NCBI GenBank assembly: GCA_964016885.1
Contig: OZ024750.1
Coordinates: forward strand, 20,460,001-20,524,000
Source of the DNA: Eledone cirrhosa
Taxonomy: Eukaryota
Length of the DNA stretch: 64,000 nt
Direction of reading: 5' to 3'
The translations under genes were made by a program, and so were the position numbers. Shown here one piece after another: positions 45,065 to 60,109 of this stretch. How positions within the stretch are numbered: the first letter of the stretch is position 1; every line of letters starts with the position of its first letter. The notes under the pieces were generated by a model. The model saw only the letters and a list, made by a program, of their open reading frames with translations, was not told the origin of the DNA and did not search any database.

Positions 45065-45777
45065 ATGTGTGTGTGCGTGTGTTTATGTAATATATATATA
45101 TATATTTTCAACCCTATAGGCTATCGCACGGTAGAACAAACATTTAATGATTCACTCCAAAATGACTATCTTTCTCTATCCACTTACATTTGCACTGAGT
45201 GTAGTGGAGGAAGTCGAACATAAATAGACCATTTTCGTAATCAAGTGAAGAGGTCTGCAGCAACAATCAAATCTAATTAAACGCTGGGCACTTTGCTTAA
45301 AAGTAAATCTTGTTTATTAAATCTATTAGTAATTTACTAAGGTTATAGTACGATCAGTCCAAAGTAGATTTGTTTCAATGTTAAAGAGACATTATTAGAC
45401 CAAGACAACATCCACCTCTGTCAACACCTCTCGCGCGCCATTTTGGATGTTCCCAATTATAAATAGCGTTAAAGACGTAACAGCTTGCAATTAACATTAC
45501 TTTCAATTTAGCACAAAGTAAATTATATCTTCTTCCTTACCTTCCACACTAACACCTACTGCCTTACAACCTCATCTTCATCCGCCTGTCATTCACCCTC
45601 CACCTCCACTTCTTCCGCTTTTGATTTCTACGAAACAACCACGCTCTCATGACCATATCTACTGCCTCATTTACCCTAGACTTCATCGTAAGCGTCATCA
45701 TTGCCACCATTATGGCCACCACCGTCAGTGTTGTTGTTCTGGTCTTTTTAATTGAATCAATATCGAATATGTAACTA

Positions 45778-45967
45778 TTCTTCTTCTTCTTCTTCTTCTT
45801 CTTCTTCTTCTTCTTCTTCTTCTTCTGTTTCCCCTGCTTCTTCTTCATCGCCGCCGCCGACGTCTTCTTCTTCTTCTTCTTCTTCTTCTTCTTCTTCTTC
45901 TTCTTCTTCTTCTTCTTCTTCTTCTTCTTCTTCTTCTTCTTCTTCTTCTTCTTCTTCTTCTTCTTCT
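45778..45967. repeat. (TTC)n microsatellite, interrupted
   Basis: Two long CTT runs separated by a short CCG-containing spacer. Confidence 0.97.
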
Positions 45968-46315
45968 CAGCAATTTGTTGAAGGATGGGCGAGAGACGCG
46001 GTCATGGCCTGAGTGAATGGGACTGCTCTGAGAATGCGCCTGAAGAATAGAGGTGGAAAACTGTGTGAGGGCACTTACCCTGGTAGCTAGGGTGACCGTG
46101 GCTCTTTTATGTTTCTTTTTAATGGGCTTTCTCCAGACGTGACCCTCGAATGTATCCCTTCACTATTGGGTAATTTTCCTGTTTCAATCTTTTTGTTGCA
46201 TCCTTTGTTTTGGTTTTATGTATTTGTCTTTACACGCAGAAACGCCCATTTGTACCACCCTGTGTTGTCGTTAATGTCATAATTTGTGTCAATCCTTATG
46301 GCTAATAAAGAAAAC
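45968..46315 (+). mobile_element. Probable LINE 3' end (possibly L1/Tx1-like) with AATAAA
   Basis: Short reading QQFVEGWARDAVMA, then a UTR ending GCTAATAAAGAAAAC-(ATT)n. Clade assignment is weak. Confidence 0.4.
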
Positions 46316-46473
46316 ATTATTATTATTATTATTTGCATTTATCTTGCTTTATGTTTATACGAGTTATCACCAAGTCACAACCAGTGACCTCAAGAGACAA
46401 CAAGGTCCGCCATGTTCAAGAAAGAACACACATATTCACACATGCATCCTTAGTGTTTAGACTTGTGATGTAC

Positions 46474-48349
46474 TTATATTGACAGGATCTTCCTTAGTAT
46501 ATGGGCAGTTCCCATTAGTACTATCTTTTGTATTTCTCCTATACGCGGGTTTCCTGGGATTTGCGATAAGTAGTCGTTAGACCCCTTAGGTATCATTCCC
46601 AGAGCGCCTACAACCACTGGTATTGTTTTAGTTCTCAATTTCCACATTGTTCCAATTTCTATCTCCAGGTCCTTATACTTGCTCAATTTTTCAAATGTTT
46701 TTATAGATACATTCTTGTCTATTGGAACAGACATATCAATTAGCAGGCATACCCTCCTTTGAAAGTCCTTCAATATTATATCAGGTCTATTTGCATCTAT
46801 TTTTCGGTCTGTTTGGATGCTAAAGTTCCACAAGATTGAGATGTGATCTTTTTCAAGTATGGGAGGTGGTTGATGCTCCCACCAATTCTTTTGATGGGGC
46901 AGGTCAAAATGCTTACACATTATCCAATGTATGTATTGTGCAGCTCTGTCATGCCTGTTTAGGTATTCGGTTGGAGCTATAGGACTGCACATTGAAATTA
47001 TATGGTCAATGGTCTCTGGTTGTTTTTTGCATACACGGCATAATGGGCTGCACCCATTTTTTATTATGTTGGCTTGGTAATTTTTTGTTGGCAGACACTG
47101 ATCTTGTGCGGATATAATCAGTCCTTCAGTCTCCGATTTCAGTCCAGAGGATGCCAACCACTGATGGGTTAAAGTTTTGTCAACATCAGGATTGTTAGCT
47201 CGCTCTGGGTATTTTCCATACAGAGGCTTTTCTTGCCATTTCTTAGCCAGTTTCTGTAGCAGTTCTTTCTTTGCAGTTACTTTTACCTGCTTTGCTTTTT
47301 CTGTGTTTTCCATTTCAGCAGTAAATGGGACTTCTGAAATTTGTAGTCCATTACTGTATCTTTGTGCATCTTTTGTAATGGAATATGATCTTTTGGTGCT
47401 TTCGTGTTTCAAAACGAGTTTGATCATCCAATCATGTGATTCCCTTAGATATGTGGATAATCCAATTGTTGCAGTTTTCAACGCAATGTCTAACTGGATT
47501 AACCCACGTCCTCCTTCTTTCCTAGGGAGATATATTCTATCTATGTCTGCCTTAGGGTTATGCATTCTGTGCATGGTTAAGAATTTTCGGATTTTTGTAT
47601 CGAGCCTACGGATCTCTGTGCTTGACCAGTTGATGACATTGTAACTATAGGTTACTACTGGTATGCCAAGCGTGTTTATGGCATCGATCCTATTCCTTGC
47701 ATTCAATTCCGTTCTTAAGATTGCTCTGACTCTGCGGTAACATTCCTTCCTTATCCTTTCCCTCATTGTCGAGTGCTTGATTCCGTCTCCTTCACAAACA
47801 CCTAGATATTTGTAAGTTTGTTCTTGATCAAGCTCTCTTATCACGTTCCCCCGATCAAGATTAATGTCTGAACTCTTCAGCAGCTTTCCTCTGGTGAACG
47901 TTGCTTTGGCGCATTTATCCAGTCCAAACTCCATTTTAATGTCATCACTGAACTGCTTCACAGTGGATAATAGCCCTTGCAATTGTTCATCATTTTTTGC
48001 GAATAGTTTCAGGTCATCCATGTAGAACAGGTGATTAATGGTTTTGTCATAGACTCTATATCCATGTTTTGTTTCATTGAGCATTTTACTTAATGGTATA
48101 AGTGCGATGCAGAATAAAAGCGGTGATAAAGAGTCACCCTGAAAAATTCCACAATTAATGTTAACTTCTCCAGCTTCCAGTGATTTTGTTTCACTATTCA
48201 AAAGGAGTGTCGTTCTCCATGTCCTCATACTGAATGACAAAAACCTCCTGACAACGGGGGATATTTTGAAAATCTCTAAACATTTTTCAATCCAACTGTG
48301 TGGCAAACTATCAAATGCTTTTTTATAATCTATCCAAGCAATCGATAGA
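46474..48349 (-). CDS. RT (core and thumb) + CCHC zinc knuckle + restriction-like endonuclease, C-terminal part
   Basis: WIDYKKAFDSLPH, GIFQGDSLSP, YMDDLK, YKYLG, CRVC..ETIDHIISMC, RHD, NRPDII...LIDMSVP, KLSKYKDL. Confidence 0.95.
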
Positions 48350-50125
48350 TTTTTTGTGTCTATTATGACAATCTTCCAGTATCATTTTGTTAACCAGAAG
48401 CTGATCCTTACAGCCATATGAGCCTCGTTTACACCCTTTCTGCTCAATGGGAAATAGGTCATTTGTTATCAGGTGGTCATATGTGTATTCAGTTAGGACT
48501 GATGTTAACATTTTATACATTGTGGTCAAGCAGGTTATCGGTCTGTAATTTTTGGGATTGTTTGTCTCATCATTCTTCGGTAGCAGGAATGTAATGCCGT
48601 TAACTAGCCATGATGGTATCTTTTCTGGCTCCTTAACTATTTCATTGTAAAGTTGGGCTAACAGCTCATGAGACTCTGTGAAGGCATTTATCCAAAAGTT
48701 TTGTATTTTGTCTTTTCCTGGGGATTTCCATTTGCTGGTTTTTCTTAGAGCCAAGCGCAGCTGTTCAACTGTTATATTTTCCCATGTTTGTTCTTCAAGG
48801 TGAGCTGTTTCTTTCATTTGTCTGTCTATCCATGGGGCATGTATGTTATGAACTTTTTCTTCGGCCCAGATCTTTTCCCAGAATTCTTGCACTTCCTCCT
48901 TGGGTGGTATTGATTTAGCAGTTATTGTTGACTTACCAATTTTTCTGTAGAAGTTTCTTTGGTTGTTTTTTAACATATTATTGTCCTTATAGAATCTAGA
49001 TCGTTTTTCAAAGCGCCTTATACGAGCAGCTTTGGCCGACACTTTTTGCTTGATTGTTTCTATCAGCATGTCTATGTCACATGTTGATCTTATACTGTAC
49101 TTTTTTTTCAATTTTCTAAGTTTAGTTTGTTTAACATGTTCACCTACTTTATAGTTTGTTAAAATTTCTATGTCAGATCGGAGAAGGTTTATTTGGCGAT
49201 TGATGTTATCTTGCCAAGTAGATTTCTTGTGGGAATTCCTTTGTTTTTTCATCTTCACTCCACATAAGTGAGTGGTGACTTTAGCCGATGCATAATAGAG
49301 ATGATTTAAGTCAGTAATGTTTATTTTGTTTGTGATGATAATGTTTTTGAGAATTATGTTAGTCTTGTGTATTATCTTTTGGTTCTGTTTGGAGTTCTGG
49401 ATCTTAGGGAGGGTGTCTCGTTCCCCCATGTCAGATTCTTTCATTTTCATCCATTCGATCATAATTTCATCCTTCAAGTTGGCAAGTTCATTCTCATTCA
49501 TTTCTTTATCATTTACGATCTCATTATTTTCATTTGGAGTTTCATCCTGAGCATGCACTCCCTCCACTTTTTCGCTCCTTTCTTTAATTTGTTCTGTTGC
49601 CAGTGATTCCGCCCCAACTCTGGGATTCGAAGTGTTACAGTTTACCTCGTTTTCACTGACACATGCTTCATTTTCCCTTCGCTGACTTTGTGCTACTAGC
49701 TTGATCTGATCAATTTCTATATCAGTTAGTAACTTTTTTCTTACAATATTTCTTCGTATATTGGCTAGTTTGTTACTGTCAATATAGCCTCTGTTTTCGG
49801 GATGTTTCTTTTTCCAGTTGATATATGTTTGCTCTGTATTCGATGTATTTGACGGGTAGTACATGGCAGTGTAGAAAGCCTCAAGGACTTCTTTATTATC
49901 TTCCCTTGACCATTTTTCTCTCTTTTTCTTTGGATTTCTTGGTGGTGAGCATGGAGGACCAACAGTAGGAGTATTCCGGTTATGGGAGGTCTCCAGCTCC
50001 GAAGTGATGGGAAGGTTTGAACCATTAGCTGATTTTTCGACCCCAGTCTGGTTCCTCTCTGAGGGACGCGGCCCTTTTTTACCCGGGTGACGGCCGATCC
50101 GGTATGAGATTTCATCATTAGACAT
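48350..50125 (-). CDS. N-terminal region and start of RT of the same element
   Basis: KWSREDN..Y, RIRRFEKR, WKSPGKDKI, LLPK..NPKNYRPITCL, EQKGC..GCKDQL. The frame is lost at the A6 run (T6 on plus, 48350-48355). Confidence 0.92.
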
Positions 50126-51218
50126 CTACTTTATTTTGTCGCGTTTTATCCTTATCCGCCAAGGGGTAATCTTTTCGTGTTACCACTTCTAGAACGAGTG
50201 TCAACCAAGACTAGAGGGGTCGTTCTCCCCTAGAGACATGGCTATTCCCCGCCGGCCGCCATCCCGGTATTTCTTGGTCACGGGGTTTTCTTTTTGTTGT
50301 TTTTTTTAAATTGTTATTATCATGAGTGGTTCCTTAATGTGAGCATTGCGTGGCTTAAGAATGAAATTATTAATAATTGTCTCCACTCCAGGGACAAGGC
50401 CAGCAATCACCCAGTGCATTACAATAATATAATATACTTTTTGTTGTAGTTGGCTGTTATTGCTGCTGGCTATGTCGGTGGTGGTGCCGGGGCTTTTTAT
50501 ATTGTTGGTGAGGAAGGGGTGAGCCAGCAGTCCCATAATTGTTGATGTAGACGTTTGTCCGTGGCAAGGTCACCAAGTCAATCTATTTATATCTTTTGCT
50601 AGCCTCTCTCTTGTCTAGTGCTACCACCACCTTCCCTTTTCTCTCTCAAGTTAACAGGGGAATAGTGTCAGTAGCATTGAATGAGTGGTGGCGGAGATGA
50701 TGGATGTGGTGGGGTGGTGGCAGCGGTGGTGTTGTGGTTACTGATATAGTATCTATGAGTTTGTGTTCGTATGTTTAATATATATTTTCATTATATTTTG
50801 TGTTGACATATTCCCGTAAAATTTGAATTAAACATTTTTTAAAATTTGAGACAATAATAATAGTAATTATTATTATGATGCCGGTGAAGTTGCCGTTATA
50901 TTTAGTGTGATGGGATAGGTAGTGTATCAAGTTTCTGGTGTTGGTGAAATTGAAATTGCCGCTGTTCTATATAGTGTAGACAGAGGGTGTTTTGTTCCAT
51001 TTATAACCATTTTCTTTTTTTGAATACAAAATATATAATACAAAATTGAATATTTGAGCGATACAACAATATAATATGGATCCGAAACTTTATGGGACCT
51101 CATTCGGTGCCTTTATGCAACATTTGTGCTAAGAATTGTTCTTTCACAATTGATTTAAATATGTTAAAAATCAAAAAACTTACGGGAGCAATTTCGTGAC
51201 GTTCTACCACCTCGTGCG

Positions 51219-51254
51219 TCTTCTTCTTCTTTCTTCTTCTTCTTCTTCTTCTTC

Positions 51255-51324
<70 letters not shown>

Positions 51325-51370
51325 CATCATTGCTGTTGTTGTTGTTGTTCTCGTTGTTGTTGTTATTATT
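51219..51370. repeat. Compound (TTC)n(TTA)n(TCA)n(TTG)n microsatellite
   Basis: Consecutive triplet runs. Confidence 0.95.
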
Positions 51371-51412
51371 TGAGTCTAAGTCATTGATGATGGAAAGTTT
51401 ATTTAAATGATT

Positions 51413-51725
51413 ATCAAGCCGCTTCCGTTATCCAGGACGTACCGGAGAGTTCTTGCTGTTCCCAGTAAGCATGCTATTTGAAGTTTTCCAAAAAAGGGAG
51501 CTGGACTAATGTGCTTTCATCCTTGAACATTTTTTAATTAGTACATAATGCTCCTATGATAATGCTCCTATGACCTTGATCTCATGACAGACCCAAATCC
51601 TTTTTAACTCCCACTTTAAATCCTTGTATCCCTTAATTGTTTCCTTCTCCTTTACTTGCACACTCGTGTCACAGGGGCAGGCTACATCTAAAACAAGGCA
51701 CGATATTTTTGTCCTTGACGTCTCT
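51413..51725 (-). pseudogene. Second, older R4/Dong-like element, endonuclease 3' fragment
   Basis: Reverse complement reads CLVLDVACPCDTSVQVKEKETIKGYKDLKWELKRIW...IIGAL...LQIACLLGTARTLRYVL, paralleling the C-terminus of the 46474 ORF. It abuts a triplet microsatellite at its 3' end. Confidence 0.82.
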
Positions 51726-53143
51726 TTCCCGTCAGGCTATTTCATTTCCAGAAATCGATTTCCTAAATATTTCTTCCATATATATAACGTGTTATTCTTG
51801 CCTAAGCCCAACATCGTTATCGATTTTCTTTTCGACACTACGATTAATTACAGATCCGGAATCTATCTATAGTTTTCGCATGTTTTAAGGAACTCATATT
51901 TTTATCGAAAACCCATATGAGAAGACGTCAGATCAGCACACACATTCCGACATATGTTTTCGGCATATTTATAACACCTTTCTGTTTTGTATAGATAAGT
52001 GTATGCCATTATACAATTTTACCCTTTTTGGATAACAAAAAATCATCTAACGATCAGTCAGAAGAATTCGTGATGTTTCTGTCCCGAATTATTTTTGGTG
52101 TTGTTTTTTGTGAGGAGTTGACCCATATTGAGAATTTCTTCATCGCACGCAATTCTTGTAAATATTTACAGCATTTGATGGTGTATGCTGTTTGTGAGAT
52201 TGTCATAGTGTTATTATTCTTAGTGTGTGCGTCTCTTACAGTGTGTGTATATTTGTGATTATGTATGGTTGTTATCTGTAGTGCAGATGTCTAATTTGGT
52301 TTCTTTAAATGTTTTCATTGATTCTTTTATATTTATATTTGTTTATCATTTAAAAATATTCATTTTCTTGTTTACAAAATTCTTGAAAACATCTCGAAAA
52401 TGCTAGGAGGGATTTATAACACACAGAGAAGACATATTGAACCACAATTAAGGGAAAATTTAATTTACAAAAAAAAGTAATTTAAGAAAATAGAATAAAT
52501 AAAATAAAAGCCATAAATGTATTCAGCGAAAAATCGTTTTTTGTACACCACGAAGGTAAACAGTGCGGACACGCAAATGTCTCACTAAAATAAATAATGC
52601 AAAAATGAAGGAAAAAAAACAAACCAACTAAAGAAAGAAAATAATACAATGTTTTCATTCAAGAGATGAGCACAGAAATAAATTTTTTTTTTCCGGATCA
52701 ACTTTGCTAACGTCTGCTCATAATACATAACCTCATAAAGAGGAAAACCATCACGAACGAAAGATAAAGCAACAGCAACAACATTAATTATTTCTAGTAT
52801 CAGCATAAAGCCAGTAATTTTTTTTTTGGGGGGGGGGGAAACGATTAAATCGACACCAGTACGTTACTGATGCTTTATTTTATCAACCCCGTAAGGAGAA
52901 AAAGCAAAGTACCAGTAATGCACTGGAAAATTCCTGGCCTTTTGCAAAGCATAGAAACAATTATTATAAAAGATATAGCACGTCAATTAATATATGTAGA
53001 TAACGCAAGAACAAAATAACGATCACCATCAACTTCATCATCATCATGATCCTCATCAGCAACTTCATCTCGTCACCAAAACTGAAACAATTACCATCGT
53101 CTCCACATCAACTTTCCATAATCATGATTATTATTAGCATGAC

Positions 53144-53323
53144 GGTGGATTGGCAGTATCAGTAGAGGTCGGACGCCATGCTTTCCAGCATAGTTACGTC
53201 CCTTTACGATCTGAGTTCAAATCCCGCCGAGGTTGACTTTGCCTTTCATCCTTACGGGGTCGATAAAATAAAGTACCAGTAATGCATTGGGTAATTGCTG
53301 GCCTTGTGCCTAAAGTAGAAACA
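53144..53323 (+). mobile_element. Full-length tRNA-derived SINE with 14-bp target-site duplication
   Basis: B-box GAGTTCAAATCC. TSD ATTATTAGCATGAC at 53130-53143 and 53324-53337. Confidence 0.9.
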
Positions 53324-53624
53324 ATTATTAGCATGACAAGAAAAACACGTTAAACAGTTTAAACATTTAAACGGCTTGAATGTAGGAATTAAATTATAGG
53401 ATTAATAGAACTTGTGTGCCTATTAACATTCGATATCTTGAAATATCAATGTCGTTCGTTTGTATATTCGATTGTGTCTGCATAATTCAAGAATCCACAG
53501 TGGCCATGCCCTTTCGTTTTATCTATCATCCATATATGTATTGATGCAGGTAAATCAAATTATAAAAGCATGAGTATAAGCAAGTTTGTGTGTGTGGAAT
53601 TATATATATATATATATATATACC

Positions 53625-54018
53625 ACCTTCACCGACCATTCTGCCGGGCGACATTCGGCAGCGCTGGTCACAGCACGTGCTGTTTTAGCCATACGATGAC
53701 GCTATCCCATTGGCTAGGCGGGCAGGCCGTAAGTCTAAAGTCTGTCTTAAGCCAGAAAGTTCATTTGGCCGGTGCTTATCCCGGTTTCATGGCGTGAAGC
53801 GACTGAGAGTACAAGACTCCTCCCTAGACAGGACGCCAGTCCGTCGGAGGGTTAAACCACAAGCTATTGCTGGTACTCATTTTCAGGTAAGTAAACTGAA
53901 GCAATGTGAAATAAAGTGTCTTGCTCAATGAAACAACACATCAGCCGGTTCGAGAATTTAACTCACGACCTTTCGATTGCAGTCCTACTGCTTTAAACAC
54001 TAAGCCCTGCGCCTTCCT
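53625..54018 (-). mobile_element. Longer tRNA-derived SINE with V/Meta-like core
   Basis: Minus strand GGCTTAGTG..GAGTTAAATTCTCG..TTGAGCAAGACACTT..GAGTACC..CCTCCGACGGACTGGCGTCCTGTCTAGGG. Its 3' part recurs at 61082-61192. Confidence 0.7.
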
Positions 54019-54104
<86 letters not shown>

Positions 54105-54147
54105 CGTGTGTGTATATGTAGATATATATATAACATTTATATATATA

Positions 54148-54548
54148 TTAAAGAGTTAAACAAGATTCAATGAGTATATCAGAGAATGAGTTTTACAGTA
54201 GATTGGAAGCACTCTACGATTGAAATAATTTTCCAGAGTTATTAATATTAAACTACAAATATTAATAAAATGGATGTTCTTTTGATCAATTACATTTTCT
54301 TATACATATTTCGGAGGTACAACAGGACATCCTCATCAGACAAAATATAATGATACGTGACATACCCTGAGATGTTGAATGGTTAAGATTTAATCAAGGT
54401 ACCTTGATTAAATGTTAACCATTTAACATCTCAGGGTATGTCACGTATCATTATATTTTGTCTGATAAGGATGTCCTGTTGTACCTCCGAAATATGTATA
54501 ATAACATGTAATTGATCAAAAGAACATCTATTTTAATAATATTTGTAA

Positions 54549-54555
<7 letters not shown>
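54148..54555 (-). mobile_element. Fold-back element, family J: loopless 155-bp-arm palindrome plus tail
   Basis: Arms 54246-54400 and 54401-54555, centre GGT|ACC, (TA)n on both flanks. Confidence 0.9.
54294..54346 (-). ncRNA. Type I hammerhead ribozyme
   Basis: Minus strand ATTTTgT-CTGATGA-GGA..TCC-GAAA-tatgta-TA-AgAAAAT. The plus-strand mirror near 54455-54507 has CTGATAA. Confidence 0.75.
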
Positions 54556-54985
<430 letters not shown>

Positions 54986-55500
54986 ACTTATCATGGATAT
55001 AAGAAAATACGTTTATATATGTTGTGTTCCAATAATTATATATATGTATATATACATATAACACACGCACGTATATATATATATATATTATATATATATA
55101 GATATTACATAGATATTATATATATATGTATATATATATATTTTTTTTTTTTTTTCTAACTTTAATTTTATACCTAATTGTGTATGGTTGACGATATATT
55201 TAATCGATTTCCACGTGCTATTGAAATGCTGGGTAATTATTCTATAGCTGTTGATCGCGAATAGATGGCTGTCGTTTATGTATCTATTATTTCTTCATAG
55301 GTTCCTGTTAAGCTTATAGCTTGGTTTAATTGTTTTTTTTTTTGTGTGGTTGATTATGCTGATTGAGAGAGGAGATGGTGTATATATCCTATCAAATGAT
55401 TCTATGGTCACACTTTATTGTATATATATATATATATATAATATATATAAAATAAAGTCAAATAAATAAGTCAAATGTTTAAAATTTAGCTACGTTTATT

Positions 55501-55555
55501 ACTGCTATATATATTTCGGTGACAGCCATCTTTGGCTGTGACCTCTTCAGGCAGT
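55501..55555 (-). ncRNA. Minimal type I hammerhead ribozyme (canonical copy of the 931-985 family)
   Basis: Minus strand ACTGC-CTGAAGA-GGTcACAGCCA aaga TGGCTGTcACC-GAAA-tatata-TA-GCAGT, followed immediately by AATAAA. Confidence 0.88.
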
Positions 55556-55725
55556 CCGAATTAGTGTGGTATAGACAAGTACATATGTTGTTGAGGTGTA
55601 TAATTTTGTCAATACTCTGATATGCCCAGTTCCTGGTTGGGTTGTTATTTCACTGAGGAACTGGAATCATATGAATTCAAACAAACGAATTTCAGTGTCA
55701 AAGGGCATCTTCTCCGCTCATTTGT

Positions 55726-56049
55726 CAGTTGTTAGAACATTCCTCATTCAAAAATCTATAGAAATTCGTTCTGAGGCAAGCCAATCTGTAGTTGCTGTTC
55801 CTGTTATTGTTAGGTACATCTGACCTCAATTCTTGTGTTGGTAGTGTTGTTATTGTTGGAGTTAGCTTAAAACATTGATAAAGTGGTAGAAGGAACAAGG
55901 TGAAAAGGAACAAAATAAAAATAAAAAATGTCAAACTTCACATTGGTCAGTTTTGAGAGCATTCCTCAGTCAGAAATCTATAGAAATTCTTTCTGGGGTG
56001 AGGCTCCCTGTAGTGTTTGTGTTTGCTATTGTTAAGTACATTTGACCTC
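55726..56049. repeat. Diverged direct repeat of about 102 bp
   Basis: TCAGTT..AGA.CATTCCTCA.TCA.AAATCTATAGAAATTC...GTACAT.TGACCTC at about 55726-55827 and 55947-56048. Confidence 0.8.
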
Positions 56050-56091
56050 TACCCTTATTTCGGTATATAACTAACATATACTCAAAATATA

Positions 56092-56138
<47 letters not shown>

Positions 56139-56550
56139 TATCATGAATATAAGAAAAATACGTTTATATATGTTGTGTTCCAATAAACAGGACTGGACGT
56201 GCGCTAAAAAGTGGTGCGAAATAACAGCAGAAGAATGCCTTGGTTCAATCAAGTGGTCAAAAATGGTGTCTGAGCCAGGAAAATGGCTCATAAAGCTTGG
56301 TTTGTAAAAAAAAAAAATAGGCCATCATTCTTAATCTCAAGAGCTGATAAAATAAATTACCTTTTACGTGCTGTGATCGTTATCATTGACGTTCTCCACG
56401 CTCTAATTTAATGGCTTTTTGGTAATATTCGAATTAAATATTCTACGCAAGTTTTAGCCTGTCTGGTGACACTTTGAGTACAAAGCAGAGATTCGAGAGC
56501 AATAAGATTTTAAATTAATAATGAACATTCTTACAAGGTATACATATATC

Positions 56551-56610
<60 letters not shown>

Positions 56611-57096
56611 CATATAGATATATGTGTGTATGTGTATGTGTGCGTGCGTGTGTGTGTCTGTGTGTGTGTGTATGAGAATGTGTCCCTGGTTTTGTCTAAA
56701 TGTGTGTTGAAAGCATTCATGTGATCGTTAAAGCAATTTAATATAAATTGCTATAAGCTACCACGTATATAATAAGTAAACACGGTGGAAATCAACTTTT
56801 TTTCAAGACTAATATTCAAACGTTTGTATAAATTTAGTAGTTAATGCAGACTGTTGCACCATTATAGCGTCTAGTGATTAACATTTAAATAAATGTATGT
56901 AATATTCAGATAGCTGGTTCAGTTGATTCGATATAATCCTCTTTAACCACTCCACCGTAGACATGAATTACTAATAAGAAATAAATCATTCTTTGTTTTA
57001 GTCTCAACAACCACATAATTTGAAACATTGCTTTTTTTTCATTACCATATAAGAGTGATGCATAATGTCATATGTAATACATGCGTACCAGTGACA

Positions 57097-59197
<2,101 letters not shown>

Positions 59198-59461
59198 ACG
59201 ACTATGTCGAGGTAACGTAATATAACAAAAGCAAAAAGAGAGAGATAGTGAGAGAGTTATAGAAAGAGGTTAGATAGACAGAACTCTAACGTCGCAGTCA
59301 TCACACCATGTGGGTGTGTATTTATCTGTAAGAGTGGCAGAAGTTTTAAATTTAAAATTAACTGTTGAACATAGATTTTCAACACCTAATTTTAAATTTC
59401 AAATTTATTATTCTTTTTTTTTCTTTTTAATTCTTTTTAATTCTTTTTAATTGTAATATTC

Positions 59462-59512
59462 AACATTTGATGAGATGGTTCACGCTGACACATCGAAACC
59501 GATTATATTTTT
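59462..59512 (+). ncRNA. Decayed hammerhead motif
   Basis: (T)TGATGA-GATG gttcacgctgaca CATC-GAAA-ccgatt. Stem II is intact; the core C and stems I and III are mutated. Confidence 0.45.
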
Positions 59513-59737
59513 AATATTAATATACATTATAAAACTCCTTTTTTAAAAGAATTGTTCCACTCATTTTTTCAATAATGTCATTTTGACGAAACAAGGAAGA
59601 ATTAAAGAAAAACAGATCCTTAAATAAATTGTCCGTGTTATTTCCAATTCCACCTTCTCTCTCGCTCTCTCTCTCTATCTATCTCTCTCTCTCTCTCTGT
59701 ATATATATATATATATATACATGTATATATATATATG

Positions 59738-59808
<71 letters not shown>

Positions 59809-59814
<6 letters not shown>

Positions 59815-60001
59815 TTATTTTATAGAAGGAGCTTCTACAGGACCAGCACTGCCCCACTCAGATGAAATCCTCAGGATTTCATCTGAGTGGCACAGTGCTG
59901 GTCCTGTAGAAGCTCCTTCTATAAAATAAATAAATGTTACTCTGCCATGCATTGAGTACCTTACTCACTGTGGTTATCCCCGACTCAACCCGGGACCTAC
60001 G
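59809..60001 (+). mobile_element. Fold-back element, family K
   Basis: 63-bp arms 59809-59871 and 59873-59935 around a single C, tail to (TA)n. The minus strand has CTGAGGA at the apex. A related degenerate sequence lies at 15145-15205. Confidence 0.85.
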
Positions 60002-60109
60002 TATATATATATATATATATATATCTAAGGCGGTTAAAATTCCCGAGATCCATGGACGAGTTCTCTCCAGCGGTCTCTGTCCCTCATTATCGCTGCCATG
60101 TCCTGCATC

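Larger units (their letters stand above)
46316..50290 (-). mobile_element. Near full-length R4/Dong-clade non-LTR retrotransposon
   Basis: Single RT-CCHC-REL ORF with one frameshift, 3' UTR of about 140 bp ending in (TAA)n at 46316-46333, GC-rich 5' leader 50126-50290. Confidence 0.92.

Noticed and set aside
47177-47644. Plus-strand 155-aa ORF
   Set aside because: Antisense shadow of the retrotransposon ORF.
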